From Amphiscolops sp. MND2022 (lineage: Eukaryota): DNA of 64,000 bases. Where the stretch lies: NCBI GenBank assembly GCA_964187785.1, contig OZ076413.1, positions 48,982,001 to 49,046,000 of the forward strand, in the 5' to 3' direction. Positions 62,411 through 64,000 of this stretch are shown in pieces (position 1 is the first letter of the stretch; each line of letters begins with the position of its first letter). The notes under the pieces were generated by a model that saw only the letters and a program-made list of their open reading frames with translations, had not been told where the DNA came from and did no database searches. The translations under genes were made by a program, and so were the position numbers.

Positions 62411-64000
62411 CAAGTGTCACTTCACTAAAAAGTTCTGAGACAAATTGTGTTCCAAGGTCCGATTTTATTTCTTTTGGTATATAGCTGTGATTGAACATAA
62501 TTGAGGCCAATGCTGCAGCTACTGATGGCGCACTTATTGTGGTCAAAGGTACAGCAAAAAGGTCTTTGGAAAAGACATCAATTGCTGTGAGCACATATTT
62601 TTACGCAGATGAGGGAAATGCTCCTTGAATATCGATCTGCATTATGTCTCCGGGGAAGGATGTTTTTGAAGATAGTTCGCTTAGCGGAGGTTCGAGTCGA
62701 GATGGTTGGACAAGTTTGAGTTGTAAACAGGTTGAGCAGTTTCTGATGTAGCTTGCAATTTGTTCTAGGTAATTCGGGCAGTAAAAGCGCCTACGAAACT
62801 CGGCGATTGTTCTTGTTATTCCCAAATGTCCTCCTGTGAGTGAATTATGTATTCTATAGAGGATTTCTTTTAGCATGTGTTTGGGTACACATACTTGTTT
62901 ATGAAGGATAGTACCATCATGGTCGTAATAGTTCCGTTTAAGGATTCCATTGTCTATGGTTAATCGCGGGAGTTGTTTCCGATATTTCTGTTCTTCTGCT
63001 GATGAATAAATATTATGTGGTGGTTCTGTACCTTCTGTAAGCCAGGTTGTCACCTTCGAGAGTAAGGCGTCATTTTGTTGTTCCCTTTCTAGAAATGCCA
63101 CCGATGTCTCAAGTTCTGGATAATTGTCCATCGGGTTATGTAATTGTAGTGCGTTGATCGGGAGTACTGGTTTGTATCTGGTCAATTGGATTTCTTCATT
63201 TTGGGTTGCCAGGGCTTTTAGGTGTTGTGAGGCATTCTCAAAGTTTCCAGATTGTTTCAATGTTATTAATGTGTTCATATCAACCACTTGAAGTAGGTCA
63301 TCGGGGAATTCATCAGAGAAAAGTTCATTAATTGTATTGTCTGGTAATTTAGCTCGAATATAAATCTCTATTTCGCGTACCGGAATACGGTCTGTAAGTT
63401 TTATTGCTACTGTTTCGTTTGGGTTTGTTTGCAGGCGAGATAAAAAATTCGCTGCTGCGTTTGCTTTTCCGGGAATATGAGCGACTACTATGTTGAATGT
63501 GGTTACTCTGTCGACATAGTTCCAAAGTGCTGGAGGAATTGTCTTTGCTTGAAAGAAGCGTGTGAGGCTCTTGTTATCTGTCAGTATCAGTACAGGTTTT
63601 TCGTTACCCCATATGAAGTGTGAGAAGGTTTCTAGGGCAAAATATAGTGACAGGAATTCTTTGCAGTAGATTGACATTTTCAACTGAGCTGTGTTGAAGA
63701 CTTTCGATCGAAATGAGACTGGTGCGTATGACTTTACATCTTCACCTTTCTCATTTTTGACATAGTCTTCAATCATGAGTACGAATCCACTCAAATGGTA
63801 ACTTGCGTCACACAAAATTACATATTGTAGTCCTGGTTTTGCCAGTCGTAGTGTTTGCGTTGCAGTTGGTTTGAGTTCCTCCTTCAAGGTTTCAAACGAA
63901 TCCAGTAGTTCTTCTGTCACTTCAAAAGCCACATTTTTCCGCAGTAGTTTATAGAATGGTATGAGATGCTCATTCAAGTTTGGGATGAAGTTTCTGAAAA
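62411..64000 (-). mobile_element. Ty3/Gypsy pol (RT end, RNase H, integrase), continuing beyond the window; integrase truncated
   Basis: ILCDAS, MSIYCKEFLSL, LTDNKSL, HIPGKANAAANFLSR, HNSLTGGHLG..CSTC, DIMQIDI, in-frame stop at 62601, then TAIDVFSK..SDLGTQF. Confidence 0.93.

Overview
AT-rich eukaryotic (animal-like) genomic DNA with spliceosomal introns, dominated by nested transposon relics; no prokaryotic features. 0.3-14.2 kb: the last seven coding exons of a CC2D1/Lgd-family gene (DM14 repeat + C2 domain, + strand; 5' part lies outside the window). Its 8.6-kb intron holds a near-identical 3.6/4.0-kb tandem duplication. Each unit carries an antisense tRNA-Lys(CTT) gene and a 5'-truncated L1/Tx1-like LINE inserted about 70-80 bp upstream of the tRNA, and the duplication overlaps a Merlin-like TIR element with an 8-bp TSD. 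15.2-42.2 kb (- strand): a decayed Helentron (HUH Rep + PIF1 helicase + APE/EEP endonuclease) whose 3' 2.29 kb has been amplified into a tandem array of six complete and three partial units; matching Helentron-type termini at about 15.2 and 42.16 kb suggest one composite element of about 27 kb. 43-49.5 kb: decayed BEL/Pao retrotransposon. 49.8-53.4 kb: Ty3/Gypsy fragments with duplications showing templated junctions. 53.44-53.64 kb: 200-N assembly gap. 53.7-58 kb: CR1/L2-type LINE with esterase-type ORF1 and a 2A/StopGo motif ahead of ORF2. 59.8-64 kb: Gypsy pol plus an F-type envelope remnant. All family calls rest on motif recognition by eye; no database search was run.
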